Shown: positions 38,641 through 51,415 of the stretch, piece by piece
Layout of the letters: each line of letters opens with the position of its first letter
How positions within the stretch are numbered: position 1 is the stretch's first letter
From: Negaprion brevirostris
Lineage: Eukaryota
Reading direction: 5' to 3'
NCBI GenBank assembly: GCA_030324005.1
Contig: JARDVH010000137.1
Coordinates: 19,158,863-19,222,862, forward strand
Length of the DNA: 64,000 bases
The notes under the pieces: model-generated
Databases searched by the model: none
What the model was told of the DNA's origin: nothing
The model's input: the letters and a program-made list of their open reading frames with translations, nothing else
Program-made: the position numbers and the translations under genes

Positions 38641-40068
38641 AAAACTAGTGTTCAATGAAAGGCATCATATGGGGTAAGATGCAATATCAGGACTTCTTCA
38701 GGCTCCTTTGTTGGAAAAAACGTAAAGAAATTGCTATAATCTTTAACTGGAATGATATGTAATACTGCCAAATATACCAAAAATATATACCAGTCTAAGT
38801 ACTGAAGAAATTTTTACTCTTCTGAAGAGAATTTGACTGGAATTCAATAAATTATTTATCAGAGTCAATTATTCTTTCCCATGTTTAATAGTTTCAAAAA
38901 TATAATTGGGTATAGCACCATTCAGAACATTTGGTGATCTGGTAGAATAATTAATCAATGAAGTTCTGTAGTTCTATACAAACTAAGGAATAAATATGAC
39001 AAAAGAAAGAGACAATTCAGCTTACCCGATTCCATTCCAATAAATAGAGGATGCAACACAAGTGCAACAATTTTGTTATTCATGTTTATCCTGGCAGCTT
39101 TATTTACCGAGTTGTGAACGATTGCTGGGCATATAAACAGAGGTGCAGATATGTTAATAAAAGTATACAGGGAGAACAGACTGAAGAATATTTTACCACT
39201 GTTGCATCTTAAAAATGCAAAAGATCCATCTAATGATAATTTTCATGCCCTAGAAGCCTAATGGTTTCCAGTCTTGTGTCCTTTTGGGGACTTCTAATAG
39301 AGAAATCACATGACGAAGTGGGTGGATTGATTTTTTTTATTAAAATTGAAAAATATTTTTGAAATAAAGCTACTTGTCACCTTACATTTTCAATTGCTGA
39401 ATATATAATAGATTCACAAGTCCCTGAGTCTATCTGTGTTCACATCACAGCTGGATTTGCACATTGCTGAAAAACAAATGGCCTGGTTTTCCTCATTTTG
39501 TAGATTTGCTGCAGTAAATGGAGTAAAATGTCTTCCCAAAAACAGCAGCAGTTTTATTTTAAGGCCAGCCAGAAGCACAATCTATCATATATTAATAGGG
39601 TCAACAGGGCTAGCCCTTCAAGCCATTTTCCTCAATTTCAGCTTCAAATAATTACAACTATTATATAAGTGGCAGTGGTAGCTGCAGTCAAGAATCCCTG
39701 AAGGAGGTACCACAGTGAGGAGACCATGTTGTGAGTTGTTATCAAAGGTTACTTTGCCTGCATATTATCTCATTAATACTTTTGGTGGTTCAGTCTGAAC
39801 TTTTGCTGCTGGTTTTACTCAAATTACTGCTTTATAGTGCAGCCGTGGATTTACTCATGCGGATACCACTATTTTACCCTGCGGAGAAGAACATAGAAAA
39901 TATTGGATATGAAGCTTAGAATCAGACTTTACAATTCCTCACACATTAATACCAATTCAGCAAGAGCTACAGAAGATGTCTTTTTTTTTGAATGTTAGTG
40001 CCTCAAAAGGCTGCACTCCTATCTGAGAAAAGGTAAAGATGTGCAGCTGCCTCTACACGAGCAGAATA

Positions 40069-40358
40069 GGGGTGGCACAGTAGCACAGTTGTTAGCGCTG
40101 CAGCTTCACAGTGCCAGGGACCTGGGTTCGATTCCTGGCTTGAGTCACTGCTTGTATGGAGTTTGCACATTCTCCCCGTGTTTGCATGGGTTTCCTCCGG
40201 GTACTCTGGTTCCCTCCCACATTCTGAAAGATGTGGTGGTTAGGTGCATTGACCCGGACAGGTGCCGGTCTGTGGCAACTAGGGGAATTTCACATTAACA
40301 CTGCAAATGAAGTTAATGTAAGGCTTACTTATGACTAATAAAAAATTAACTTTAACTT
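40069..40358 (+). mobile_element. V-SINE/HE1-like SINE, full length
   Basis: ggggtggcacagtagcacagttgttagcgctgc (A box), gggttcgattcc (B box), (taactt) tail. Confidence 0.88.
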
Positions 40359-41639
40359 AATCTCAACCAGTAAATGCCACCACTGTCCTGAATTTTATTT
40401 TGAAGTTGGGTACCTCCAAGCAGTCCTTGCCCATTTTTTTTCCCGTATCATTCACAATAGGCACACACAGAGCACATCTGTATTTCCACAGACTTATAGG
40501 GTGGAACTTTACGTGATTCTTTCTCAGTTTCACACTAGCCTGACACTTAGAGAGTTCCTGATTCAATTTTTGGACGTGTTTTCAGGCCCAATGTTATGCA
40601 GTCTGCAAATTTTGGGCAAGTCCATTTCTCGCTACAGAAGACAGTGGGTGGAGCTTAACATGCCCAAAAGCCTGCCGTTCTGATTGTGCAGAAAAAAGAC
40701 TAAAAGCAGCACAGCTGCCAGATCCTTCCTGGGCTGAATAATGCCTCCCCCTGGCCTCCATGGATGGACCATTAATTAGCAGCTGACTTGACCTAACTAG
40801 GGGCAGTTCCATAAAATTCCCAAGGATGGACAGACAGGCAGGCAGGTAGTGCAGGAAGAAAAGGCATCGAGAAAGTGCTTTGGAGGAAAAATGAAACTTT
40901 ATCCATTGGTTTATTTAACTTGTGTGTTATCCAGTCGGTACAAACCTTTGATTAGCAGTCTTGCCTCTGGATGATCAGTATTCACATCGACAGAGAGGGC
41001 TGTGGTTCCAGCAAAGCTTTCCCAAACAGGGAAGTGACATACAACCAGTTGCAGGCCAATTAAAGACGTGTCATGTAAGACACAGTATGATGAGAAATTG
41101 GGTTTGTCAGCACCTGCTTTTTAGCTAATGCAACTGCCCTTAGAGACCAAAATGTCTGCGGTGTATACGTATACATGGGGCAAATTGCACTGGACATCAT
41201 ATTGATATAAGAGTTGGCTGAGTAAATATCCACCCTAAATATTCAGAACAGACTGATCATGGTGACGTGGAACAGTTTATAACAGATGTGATGCCATTTT
41301 GGAATTCATGCTCCAACCAATGCCCCTCTAACCTAGTGCAGTTGGACATGTGTTCAGCAGCATGAAAGATGCCCATCCACCACCATCTAAAGAGATCATG
41401 ACTGATTTCTGATCAGTTGCTGCCTGATTGCTTCTGATTGTTGCCAAGATTCGACAAGAGTTGGTACTTCGATAGCTGTTTCAAATTGCAAAGGTCTAGT
41501 GGGAATGCAGAGGCAGGTGCTAAAGAACGTTTTCTTATTGACTTCAAAGCTTCTGCACAAACCAGTTGCTTCCAGACATTGGAAAGCTAGTCAGCAATTC
41601 CCTTGGTATAGCACGTGACTTGGAAAATAAAGAGAGATC

Positions 41640-41960
41640 ACACAGTCAGGATGAACTGCTGGAAGAGGGAGAAGAAGGAGATGTTGCCTCACCAACTCTC
41701 CTCCTGGAACCTCATTGAGGAACTAGGTGTAATGATGCCCTCCCTGCCTCCTACATTGTAAGCTCAAAACAAGACAAAAACCACATTGCCAGTGGATGTG
41801 AAGGTGACAGTGTTGATGAATGTCTTTGCATTTGGTTCCTTCCAGCTTGAACCTGGAGATATTTGCAACATCTCACATTTTGCTGTGAAATGTTACAAAG
41901 GGAAGTCCCTGAGGCTCCCTGTCAAAGAGTGCTAATGAAATGTTATATTCTCCTGCCAGA
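41640..41960 (+). mobile_element. PIF/Harbinger transposase (HARBI1-like) remnant
   Basis: From 41780: TTLPVDVKVTVLMNVFAFGSFQLEPGDICNISHFAVKC. Confidence 0.75.
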
Positions 41961-43439
41961 AAAGTATCACATAAGACACTGGTTAACAAAATTGATGCTA
42001 ATGAAATAGGAGGTGTCAGTGTTGGCTAGGATAAATAATTGGCTTAAGGAGAGAGAAAATATTGAGTCCTAGTAAATGTTTACTTTTCAGACTGGAGGAT
42101 GGTAGAAAGTGCATTCCCCAAGAGTCAGTGCTAGGACCACTGTTTTTGTTTCTATATATATATATATAATTATATATAAATGACTTTGATATTAGAGTAC
42201 AAGTGTACATTAATTACCCTAGTACACTGCCTAAGTACCTGCCTTCTGTATACCTTGATCTGTCATACTGATCCTCTGCAGTACCGCCCCAATATCTGCA
42301 CTATTACTGGCAGAAACCTACTGACACTGTTTGATTTTCCCAGTCCGATGGAATNNNNNNNNNNNNNNNNNNNNNNNNNNNNNNNNNNNNNNNNNNNNNN
42401 NNNNNNNNNNNNNNNNNNNNNNNNNNNNNNNNNNNNNNNNNNNNNNNNNNNNNNNNNNNNNNNNNNNNNNNNNNNNNNNNNNNNNNNNNNNNNNNNNNNN
42501 NNNNNNNNNNNNNNNNNNNNNNNNNNNNNNNNNNNNNNNNNNNNNNNNNNNNNNNNNNNNNNNNNNNNNNNNNNNNNNNNNNNNNNNNNNNNNNNNNNNN
42601 NNNNNNNNNNNNNNNNNNNNNNNNNNNNNNNNNNNNNNNNNNNNNNNNNNNNNNNNNNNNNNNNNNNNNNNNNNNNNNNNNNNNNNNNNNNNNNNNNNNN
42701 NNNNNNNNNNNNNNNNNNNNNNNNNNNNNNNNNNNNNNNNNNNNNNNNNNNNNNNNNCAGACACCACATCATGATTAGACCCACAAGTATGTAAAAACAT
42801 TGGCTCCACTTTGACTCCAGAAAGATGGAGCTCTGTGCAAAGCCCTGTACAAGTCAGTGTTGGACTCCTTCATGGTCTCTGATGTGAATGCAATCATTCT
42901 TGCAGGCTTCCCAATGCACCAAGCATCCTATGTGCATATCAATGAGTGTTCTTCTGTAGGCTGTCCCATCGATGTCTTCATCTGTGTCTTTTGCAGCAGA
43001 ACCTATGTCTGACCCCATGTTCCAGAGAGTTTCTTTTAATGGAATTCAATCTCTGGCATTTTATTCTTGTCTATCCAAATGTAACTAGAGAATTACTATC
43101 AATGACTTCCATTCTGACAGTTTGCCTGGTGTCCAATTTCTCATTTGCCTGCTGCTTCTCATCACATCATCTAAAAAGTAAAATTTCAGTTTATACACAT
43201 ATGCTGACAGCGCCCAACATTACCTCACCACCTCTCTCAATCCCTTCACTGCCTTCACTTTGCCAGGCTGCTCATCTGATAACCAACACTGGCTAATCAG
43301 AAACTCCCTCACTTAAAATGATGGCTTCAGTCTTTCCAGTGTTTAAGACCCTGCCAGAAAAATCTGTTCCTTAATCACTGACTAGAGAGGAACCTTCAGT
43401 CAAGTATCCATACTGTCATTAAAGCTGCCTATTTCTACT

Positions 43440-44130
43440 TCCATACTGGACTTCATTCCTGCCTCAGCTCTTCTGCTGCTATAATCTTCATCCATGCAAC
43501 TGTTGATTATTCCAATGTACTCCTGGGCATGCATTCTAACCTCCATAAACTTCAGAGGATCTGCTGTCCATGTCCTAACTTGCACCAAGTCCCATTCACC
43601 CATCACCCCAATGGTCATTGATCTATATTGACTTTCAATTAAATTTATTTTAAAATTTTCATCCTAGTTTTCAAATTTCTCCATGACCTGTAAAGTTCTC
43701 CAAATGTACAACTTTCCGAAATACCTGCTCTCCTCTAATTCCAGCCTGTGGAACATCCCTGATTTTAATTGCACCTCCATTGGCTGCAGGCCTTTCATAT
43801 GTCTATGGCCTAAGGTCTGGAATTTCCTCCCTAAATCTACCTCATGTTCCTCCTTGAAACCTACCACTTCAACAAAATTATTAGTAAAAAATAAAAACAA
43901 ATTACTGCAGATGCTGGAATCTGAAACAATGACAGAAAATGCAGGAAAATCTCAGTATGTCTGACAGTATCTGTGGAGTCACAGCCAAGCTAACATTTCA
44001 AGTCTGGATGATTCTTTGTCAGAGCTAAACCATCTGCCCTAATACTTCCTTTTGCTGATCAGTGTCTTATTTTGCTTTATAATGTCTCTAAGTGCCTTGG
44101 GGTATCTTATTGTGTTAAAGGTGCTATTTA
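43440..44130 (+). mobile_element. L2-type LINE 3' end, interrupted by a Penelope-derived element
   Basis: caagtcccattcacccatcacccc, ggcctaaggtctggaatttcctccctaaatc, tail gtgttaaaggtgctatt. Confidence 0.7.
43885..44028 (-). mobile_element. Penelope-derived element arm with a degenerate hammerhead (43988-44026)
   Basis: Minus strand reads AGCU CUGACAA AGAAUC AUCCA GACUU GAAAU GUU AGCU; arm homologous to 3000, 22173 and 56260. Confidence 0.7.
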
Positions 44131-44420
44131 GTCCATGCCTCTACATTATTGGTTAGTGATACAAGCATACACCCTGCTATCCCATTTTCAACACTGAAAC
44201 ATTGAAATCTGGGTCTTTCTATTCCTTAGCCAGGAATGGTTGTTTTCTCCTGTTTCCATGATACCCTGATGCTGAAAGAGAATGAATACAAGAGGGAGGG
44301 ACATGAATAAAAGCTATATGCCTATTGATGTTCATTGGCAATAGCTTGTGATACTGATCACGAACAGTTAATTTTGTATGCATTGTTAGTTGCGGAATAA
44401 CATTACATTCAATCATTTAA

Positions 44421-44489
44421 GCAGCTTCCAGGAAACCAAAGTCTTTGGGTTCCAGGGGGAGTATGGTTGCAAAGCTGAAACTTAAAGGA
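44421..44489 (+). pseudogene. 18S rRNA fragment (about 69 bp)
   Basis: gcagcttccaggaaaccaaagtctttgggttccagggggagtatggttgcaaagctgaaacttaaagga matches vertebrate 18S (universal aaacttaaagga motif) apart from two CpG>CpA changes. Confidence 0.9.
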
Positions 44490-44760
44490 GCGGGCCACAG
44501 AAGGAGACATATAAGACATGTTTTCAAATGCAAGGTCAAAGATTGTTTTAAGCAGCATCTTCAAAGGAGGAGAAAGGGACAGAGAGTTTTATGGCGAGAA
44601 TTCCAGAGCTTAGGGCCTAGTCACCTACAAGCCCAACCACTAAGGGTGGGTCATGTGTGGATGTAAAAAATATCTGAGTTGGAGGAATACAAGGTTGTTT
44701 TGCTGGAGGAGTTAACAGGGATGGGGGCTATAGACCAAGGATGGATATGACCATCAGGAC
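44490..44760 (-). mobile_element. L2-type LINE fragment
   Basis: gaattccagagcttagggcctag is the reverse complement of the L2 text at 43805-43830. Confidence 0.6.
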
Positions 44761-45992
44761 TTGAATTTGCCAACAAACATTTCCAATAAATTTCATTACT
44801 CTTGAGCCAGTAATTTACCAGCATTTACCAACTTACAAATTTCCTTCTACATCAAAATTGACTGCTACTCCAAGGCCTGATGTGCATATTTACAGTAAAT
44901 AGATTGTGGCATTGACAGAACAGAGCAGTTAAAATATTTCCATTTGACAGAACATTTCTACATTTTCCATTTTATACGATGTGCACAATGTAGCATTTCC
45001 TCAAACATACTTTGAGCAATGGCACAGGAGGTCCATTAGCATAGTGATTTGTTTTTATTTCATCCTCCTCTGCCTTATGTTCATTTCCCTTGTCTTCCAC
45101 ACTTGCTCAAGATTTAATTTTTTTAAATATTTAACTTAAAATAATTTGGGTGAAGCCTGTTGTCATCTGAGGGGAGTCTTGGAAGGGGGAACGTCCCACT
45201 TTTCTCACCAATTTTAGTATCTAGAGCTCCCAGATTAGCTGTAGAAAAAGTTGATGTGAAACAAAGCTCCCAACCTCAAAATAATATTCGCTATTGCACC
45301 ATTATGAATTTATGCACATCGGCCATTTTTATGCCTTCTCTGAATGAAGCTGTCACATTGGTGCTGAAATATGAATACTTTTGTGTTCTGGGGCTTGTAG
45401 TCCCTGAGTTTCCACCGAGCCATCCAGTCACACCATAAGGAGCAAAATACCTGACCTGCATTAGGCGCAAAGAAGAAGTGGGTGGCAGTTTTGGATGGGT
45501 GAGAATGCTCTACCCACATTGTGGCAAAGGGAGGAATGTACAGATCTTTGTCCCTTTATTAACCTTTTGTTGTTTCCTACTTCCAACAGTCTGTTTCTTG
45601 TTGCCATCTATTATTTGACCAACTTGCCCCTGTGGTTTTGATTTCCAGGTCATTTAAACGGATAAACATTGATTCCTTCAGATCTCCGTTCAACAAACCA
45701 CACCCCATCTCTCTCTGCCCTAATCTGACATTGAATGTTGAAATATTTCCAGTGCTGAGGTATTTTCAATGGCAAGCAGTTGAAGCAGAATCTGTCAATG
45801 AATGCAGTCAGCAGCTGGACACTTCAGCGAGGGCAAGTTGCCCAAAACTGCCACCGGCTTTGAGTTTTGAAAGCACTGTGCTCTTCAAGATTTTACTCAG
45901 GCTTTTACCCTCTAAGAATATGTGAGGCGCTTCTCTGGCTATGGTTTTATTGAGCTGTGTCAAGTTGACACAAATACAGATGGAACTGTTTT

Positions 45993-46097
45993 CATAGAAT
46001 CATAGAACCCTACAGTTCAGAAAGAGGCCCTTCGGCCCATCGAGTCTACACCGAACACAATCCCACCCAGGCCCTACCCCCATATCCCTACATATTA
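45993..46097 (-). mobile_element. HE1 SINE/HER1 LINE 3' tail (truncated by a gap)
   Basis: catagaatcatagaaccctacagttcagaaagaggcccttcggcccatcgagtct; (attctatg) tail on the minus strand. Confidence 0.8.
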
Positions 46098-46669
46098 NNN
46101 NNNNNNNNNNNNNNNNNNNNNNNNNNNNNNNNNNNNNNNNNNNNNNNNNNNNNNNNNNNNNNNNNNNNNNNNNNNNNNNNNNNNNNNNNNNNNNNNNTGT
46201 AGTTCTTACATTAATTATCATTAACTTCCCACATTAACAACAAGTTGAAAAAATATCATACGTTATTCACCATGCTACATAGAAACCAACTGTTGCTCAA
46301 TCCCCAACATCTCAGCCATCAGAACTGCATCCTTCCAATTCTTCAGAATCATCAGTCTCTTCCCTGTCATTTCATATCCACTGCCTCAAAACCTACATCT
46401 TGGCTTCTGTGATTTATGGACTAAACTCTCCAGCTTTGTTCTCCCCATCCTCCTGATTTCCACTCTGCATTAACAGCAATAAGTCCAAAATCTGCTGCCA
46501 GCATCCTGTTCTAAAGTAGGTCCTGCAATCCTGCACCCCAGCCAAATTCACTGTTAACATTATCAAGAGACAGGTAACAACTACCATCTGAAACTATAGG
46601 ACATGTTCAAATCATAGACTTTCAATTAAAATATTGCAATTCTGGAATTAATGTCTTGTGTCTAATCTA

Positions 46670-48670
46670 CAAAATATGAATCAAGAATAGGTCAACTGCC
46701 TCCTTCCCAAACATTCCCTGCCATTCAATCAGATCATGGCTGATCTGATTTTAGTCTCAAATTCACATTCCTGCCTACCCCTGATAATCTTTCACATCCT
46801 TGCTTATCAAGGGGGTATCCTAGGCCCAACCATCTTCAGCTGCTTCATCAATGACCTTCCTTCTTTCATAAGGTCGGAAGTGGGAATGTTCACAGATGAA
46901 TGCATAAAGTTTGGCACCATTCGTGATAACTCTGATACTAAAGCAGTCCATGTCCAAATTCAGAAAGAACTGGACAATATCCAGGCTTGGGCTGACAAGT
47001 GGCTAGTAATACTCATGTCACACAATGCCCATCTCCAATAGACAGGATCTAACCATCATCCCTGGACATTCAATTGCATCACCATCACTGAATTTTCCAA
47101 TACCAAACCCTGGGGTTACCATTGAACAGAAACAGAATTGGACTAGCCATATGAATACTATGGCTACAACAGCAGGTCAATGGTTAGGAATCCAGTTGCG
47201 ATGAAGTCACCTGACTCCTCAAAGTCTGTCCACAATCTACAAGGCACAAATTATAGGAGTATTATGGAATTTTCTCCACTTGGCTGGATGAATTCAGCTC
47301 CAACAACGTTCAAGAAACTTGACACCATCTGGGACACTTGATTGCTTCTTGTTCCACCGACATTCAATCCCTCCATCACCGGCAAACAATGACAGACATG
47401 TGTACCATCTACAAGATGCACTGCAGAAACTCACCAAGGCTCCTTAGACTTGGACAGCATCTTCCATATCCACAACCACTACCACCTAGAAGGACAATGG
47501 CACCAGATATCTGGAAACATAGCCATCGGAGGTTCTCTTCCAAGTCACTCACAATCCTGACTTAGAACTACATCATCGTTCTTCACTTTTGGGTCTGAAT
47601 CTTGGAATTCCATCCTTAACAGAACCAGTGCCTATGCTTCAGGGACTGCAATGGTTCAAGAAGGCAGCTCACCACCACATCCTCAAGGGCTAGTCGGGAT
47701 GGACAATAAATGCTGACCTAATCAACGATGCCTACGTCCTTTAGATTAATTTTTTAAAAATAATCTATTTGCCTCTGTCTTAAAGATATTCAAGGACTTT
47801 GCCTCAACGACCTTTTCAGGAAGAGAACTCCAACATCTCAACCCTCTGAGAGATTTTTTTAGTTCATCTCTTTCCAAAATATATGACCCTTTATTTTGAA
47901 AGAATGACATTGATTTCTAGGTCCTCCCACAAAACAAAACATCCCTTTCACATCCAATCTGTCAAGTCCCCTCAAAATCTTATATGTTTCAATCAAGTCA
48001 ACTGTTACTGTACTAAACTCCAGCGGAATATCAGCCTTGCACATCCAACAATTCCCCATAAGACAACCCACCCAATCCAGGTATTAATCTAGTAAACCTT
48101 CTCTGAACTACTAATGCATTTATATCTTTCCTTACATATGGGGACAATTACTGTACACAGTATTCCAGATGTGGTCACACCAATGCTCTGTATAACGGAA
48201 ATAATCCCTTTACTTTTGTATTCAATTCCCCTTGCAAAAAAACTGTAACATTCTATTAGCATTGCTAATTAATTGCTGCGTCTGCGTACTAACCTATTGT
48301 GATTCATGCACTAGGACACCCAGATTCCTCTACATCTCAAATTTATGCACTCTCTTACCATTTAATCTACCTCCTTTTATTTGTCCAGCCAAAATTGACA
48401 ACCTCACATGTTCCCACTTCTTATTCCATTTGCCATATCTTTGTCCGTTCACCTAATCTATCGATATTCTTTTGTAGGATATGTCCTCTTGTTTTCCTGC
48501 CAATCTTTGTGTCACCAGCACACCATCGGTCCCTTTATCCAAATCATTTATCTAAATTGTAAAGAGGTGGGGCCTCAGCACTGATCCCTGCAGCACACAA
48601 TTTGTTACATTCTGCCAACCAGAAAATGACCCATTTATGCCAACTCTTTTTCTGTTTGCTAACCAATTTC
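46670..48670 (-). mobile_element. CR1-type LINE split by the 46810-47755 insertion
   Basis: Consensus cttatcaag|aatctat is broken exactly at the insertion; CR1 RT and 3' text on the minus strand. Confidence 0.75.
46810..47755 (+). mobile_element. CR1-type LINE, 5'-truncated
   Basis: ORF 46736-47041 GILGPTIFSCFINDLPSFIRSEVGMFTDE...IQKELDNIQAWADKW (RT core). Confidence 0.85.
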
Positions 48671-48679
48671 GTTAACATT

Positions 48680-48872
48680 CGTGAACAAGATGGGCTTTTA
48701 CAACAATTGACAGTGGTTTTATGGCCATCAATAAATTATTTATTCCAGATTTTTTTTATTGAATGCAAATTCTACCATCTGCTATAGCAGGATTTGAGCC
48801 CAGGTCCCCAGAAGATTAATTGAGTTTCTTGAGTAATAGTCTAGTGACAATACCACTAAGCCATTGCCTTCT
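48680..48872 (-). mobile_element. tRNA-derived SINE, 5' part
   Basis: Reverse of the head of the 3080 SINE (ggatttgagcccagg...caataccactaagccattgcc). Confidence 0.7.
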
Positions 48873-49239
48873 CCTGACTGTTGAATCCTAAACTGGCCAT
48901 TAATACACTGTCCCCAGCACTAAGCACTTAGCAGCCAATCACCTATCAGAAGTACAGTTCCTATACTATCTTAAACCTTAAGAATAAAATAAATCTTAAA
49001 CATTCATTGATATTCACCAGATATTCATTGAACAGCTAGTGATGATATTATTTGCATCTTGTCTCTCATTTTGAACTCTTCATTGACAAGTTCCGAGCAG
49101 CTGACCAATGTGCCTCTCTGACTCCCAAGTAAGTGCATAGGCTTCGAACCGTAGCACCCTTACAGATCCAACATCTCTCCAACTCCCAGGTAACCTGCAG
49201 AGACTTTCCTTGCATACTAAATAATACAGTGGCTTATTA

Positions 49240-49462
49240 TTTTGATTTGATTTATTATTGTCATATGTATTAACATACAGTGAAAAGTATTGTTTCTTGC
49301 ATGCTAAACAGACAAAACATACTGTTCATAGAGAAGGAAGTGAGACAGTGCAAAATGTAGTGTTACAGTCATAGCTAGGGTATAGAGAAGGGTCAACTTA
49401 ATGCAAGGTAAGTCCATCCAAAAGTCTGACAGCAGCAGGGAAGAAGCTGTTCTTGAATCGGT
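49240..49462 (-). mobile_element. Rex1/Babar-like LINE 3' end
   Basis: tttgatttgatttattattgtca tail and gggaagaagctgttcttgaatcgg (reverse of RFKNSFFP). Confidence 0.65.
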
Positions 49463-49902
49463 TATACAAAGTTATATAATTTAAATTATATAAAATTATA
49501 TAATTTTGTCAAAGGGTTACAAATGCTTTTTTCACATAGATGTAAATTCTCATGGAATGTTGATCAATTGTGATAGGTCATTAATTCTGGTATTGTTATC
49601 AACCAGTTAACTTCAACCAATGGCTATAGCGTGCATTAGAAGTATAATCATTTGCAAGCATCACCTCNNNNNNNNNNNNNNNNNNNNNNNNNNNNNNNNN
49701 NNNNNNNNNNNNNNNNNNNNNNNNNNNNNNNNNNNNNNNNNNNNNNNNNNNNNNNNNNNNNNNNNNNNNNNNNNNNNNNNNNNNNNNNNNNNNNNNNNNN
49801 NNNNNNNNNNNNNNNNNNNNNNNNNNNNNNNNNNNNNNNNNNNNNNNNNNNNNNNNNNNNNNNNNNNNNNNNNNNNNNNNNAGCCACTATATAAAGCCAT
49901 AC

Positions 49903-50869
49903 TGTTATGATTGAGTGAGGAGGGATTGAATGGCTCCCTCTCTTTGCCCTTTCCTCATTTGACTGCAATAAGTTTTTTTTGCTTGAAATGGGTATATTTG
50001 CCATTTCAGTCAATTGTCAACTGCTTCTGTGCTCGGGGCAGGTTTTCATGAGTTTAACAATACAAAAATTAAGGTTTATATACACAAGCACTTGAAGTCC
50101 ACACACAAATACAGATTACAGAGTGGGGAAGGATAGATTGTTCAAAAAAAGAATCTATAGAAGTTGAAGGAATTTGCAATTTGTGGTTTGGTGACTTCAG
50201 GCTGAATCCAGTGGTATAGCTTTCACTCAGTGATCTTCTGCTTTCAACATTGAGGTGGTTATGAATGATCTATTTGTTCTTCTGCAGCCACCACTGTGGA
50301 GCTGAGTTTCTTCTTTAAAATCTCTCAGAGTCAAACAATAGCAGACAAGTCTCAAAAGCTGGTAAATTGGGTGGACAGAAAGAGAGAGTAAGGAAGGGTC
50401 TCTCTCAGCTTCTCAGCTGCTTGTCCTCAGTTTGGTTAAGAAAACAAATGCTTCAAACAAGCAAATGATTGACGTTTATGTGACCACTTCTCCAACTGAC
50501 CAATAATTCAAACATAATTGTGTATTTCAATTGTAACTTGATTAGAACAGGCTTGGGGATTTCCTTCCTTATCCAGGGTCACATTGCTCAAGTGATTAGA
50601 TTTGATGGCTTGTCTATGCCCAATTGATTTTCTGGATGTTGTGCTCATGGGGTAAGAAATATGATTAATTCACATTCCTCAATGTTTTTGATGTGTTTTC
50701 CCAGACATGCTATCTCCATCTCAATGGGGTTGGAAGGTGCAATGTAGATTAATCCCAATTAGGTAACTATCTTGGCTGTTGATTAAGTAACTTCAGTTTG
50801 TGTTTTTTTAAAAAGTCTGTTTTTCATTAAAGAAAAGCCTACCAACTGGATCAATGGGAATAAGCAACA
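49903..50869 (-). mobile_element. LTR (3' LTR of a minus-strand Gypsy-like element)
   Basis: TGTT...AACA termini, immediately followed by ccaccccttt, which reads as a polypurine tract aaaggggtgg abutting TG on the minus strand. Confidence 0.55.
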
Positions 50870-51044
50870 CCACCCCTTTACAGAATCTCAGCCCAAGTCC
50901 AAATCAGAGTGGAACAGACAGTTCTGCAGAGTCTGACATGGAGATTACATCCAGTGAAATCAAAGAAAGAAGAAAAAAACTTTGTGTTATACCAATTTTG
51001 CAAACCTTTGAATTTAATGTATTTTTGCTTGACTATCAGATATC

Positions 51045-51415
51045 TTTTTTATTCATTTATGGGACATGGGTGTCACTGACTGGTCAGCATTTATTGCCCA
51101 TCCCCAGTTATCCTCGGAGGGCAGTTGAGAGTTAACTACATTGCTGTGGCTCTGGAGTCAAATGTAGGCCAGACCAGGTAAGGACAACATATTTCCTTCC
51201 CTAAAGGACATTAGTGAACCAGATAGGTTTTCCCGACAATCGACAATGATTTNNNNNNNNNNAAACTCTACACAGATAGTGACCCAAGCCGGGAATCGAA
51301 CCCTGGTCAACTTTCACCATCTGCCATGGCAGGATTTGAACCCAAGCCCTCAGAACATTTGTTGAGTTTCCGGGTTAATGGTCGAGCAATAATACCACTA
51401 GGCTATTGCCTCCCC
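51045..51415 (-). mobile_element. tRNA-derived SINE (3080 family) with an HE1 fragment and a gap inside
   Basis: Reverse complement of the 3080-3455 element. Confidence 0.8.

Noticed and set aside
42180-42809. ORFs spanning N runs (also 27596-28090 and 49620-50013)
   Set aside because: Open only because of assembly gaps.
44421-44489. Functional rRNA gene
   Set aside because: Only 69 bp, with CpG decay and no flanking rDNA; recorded as a pseudogene fragment.
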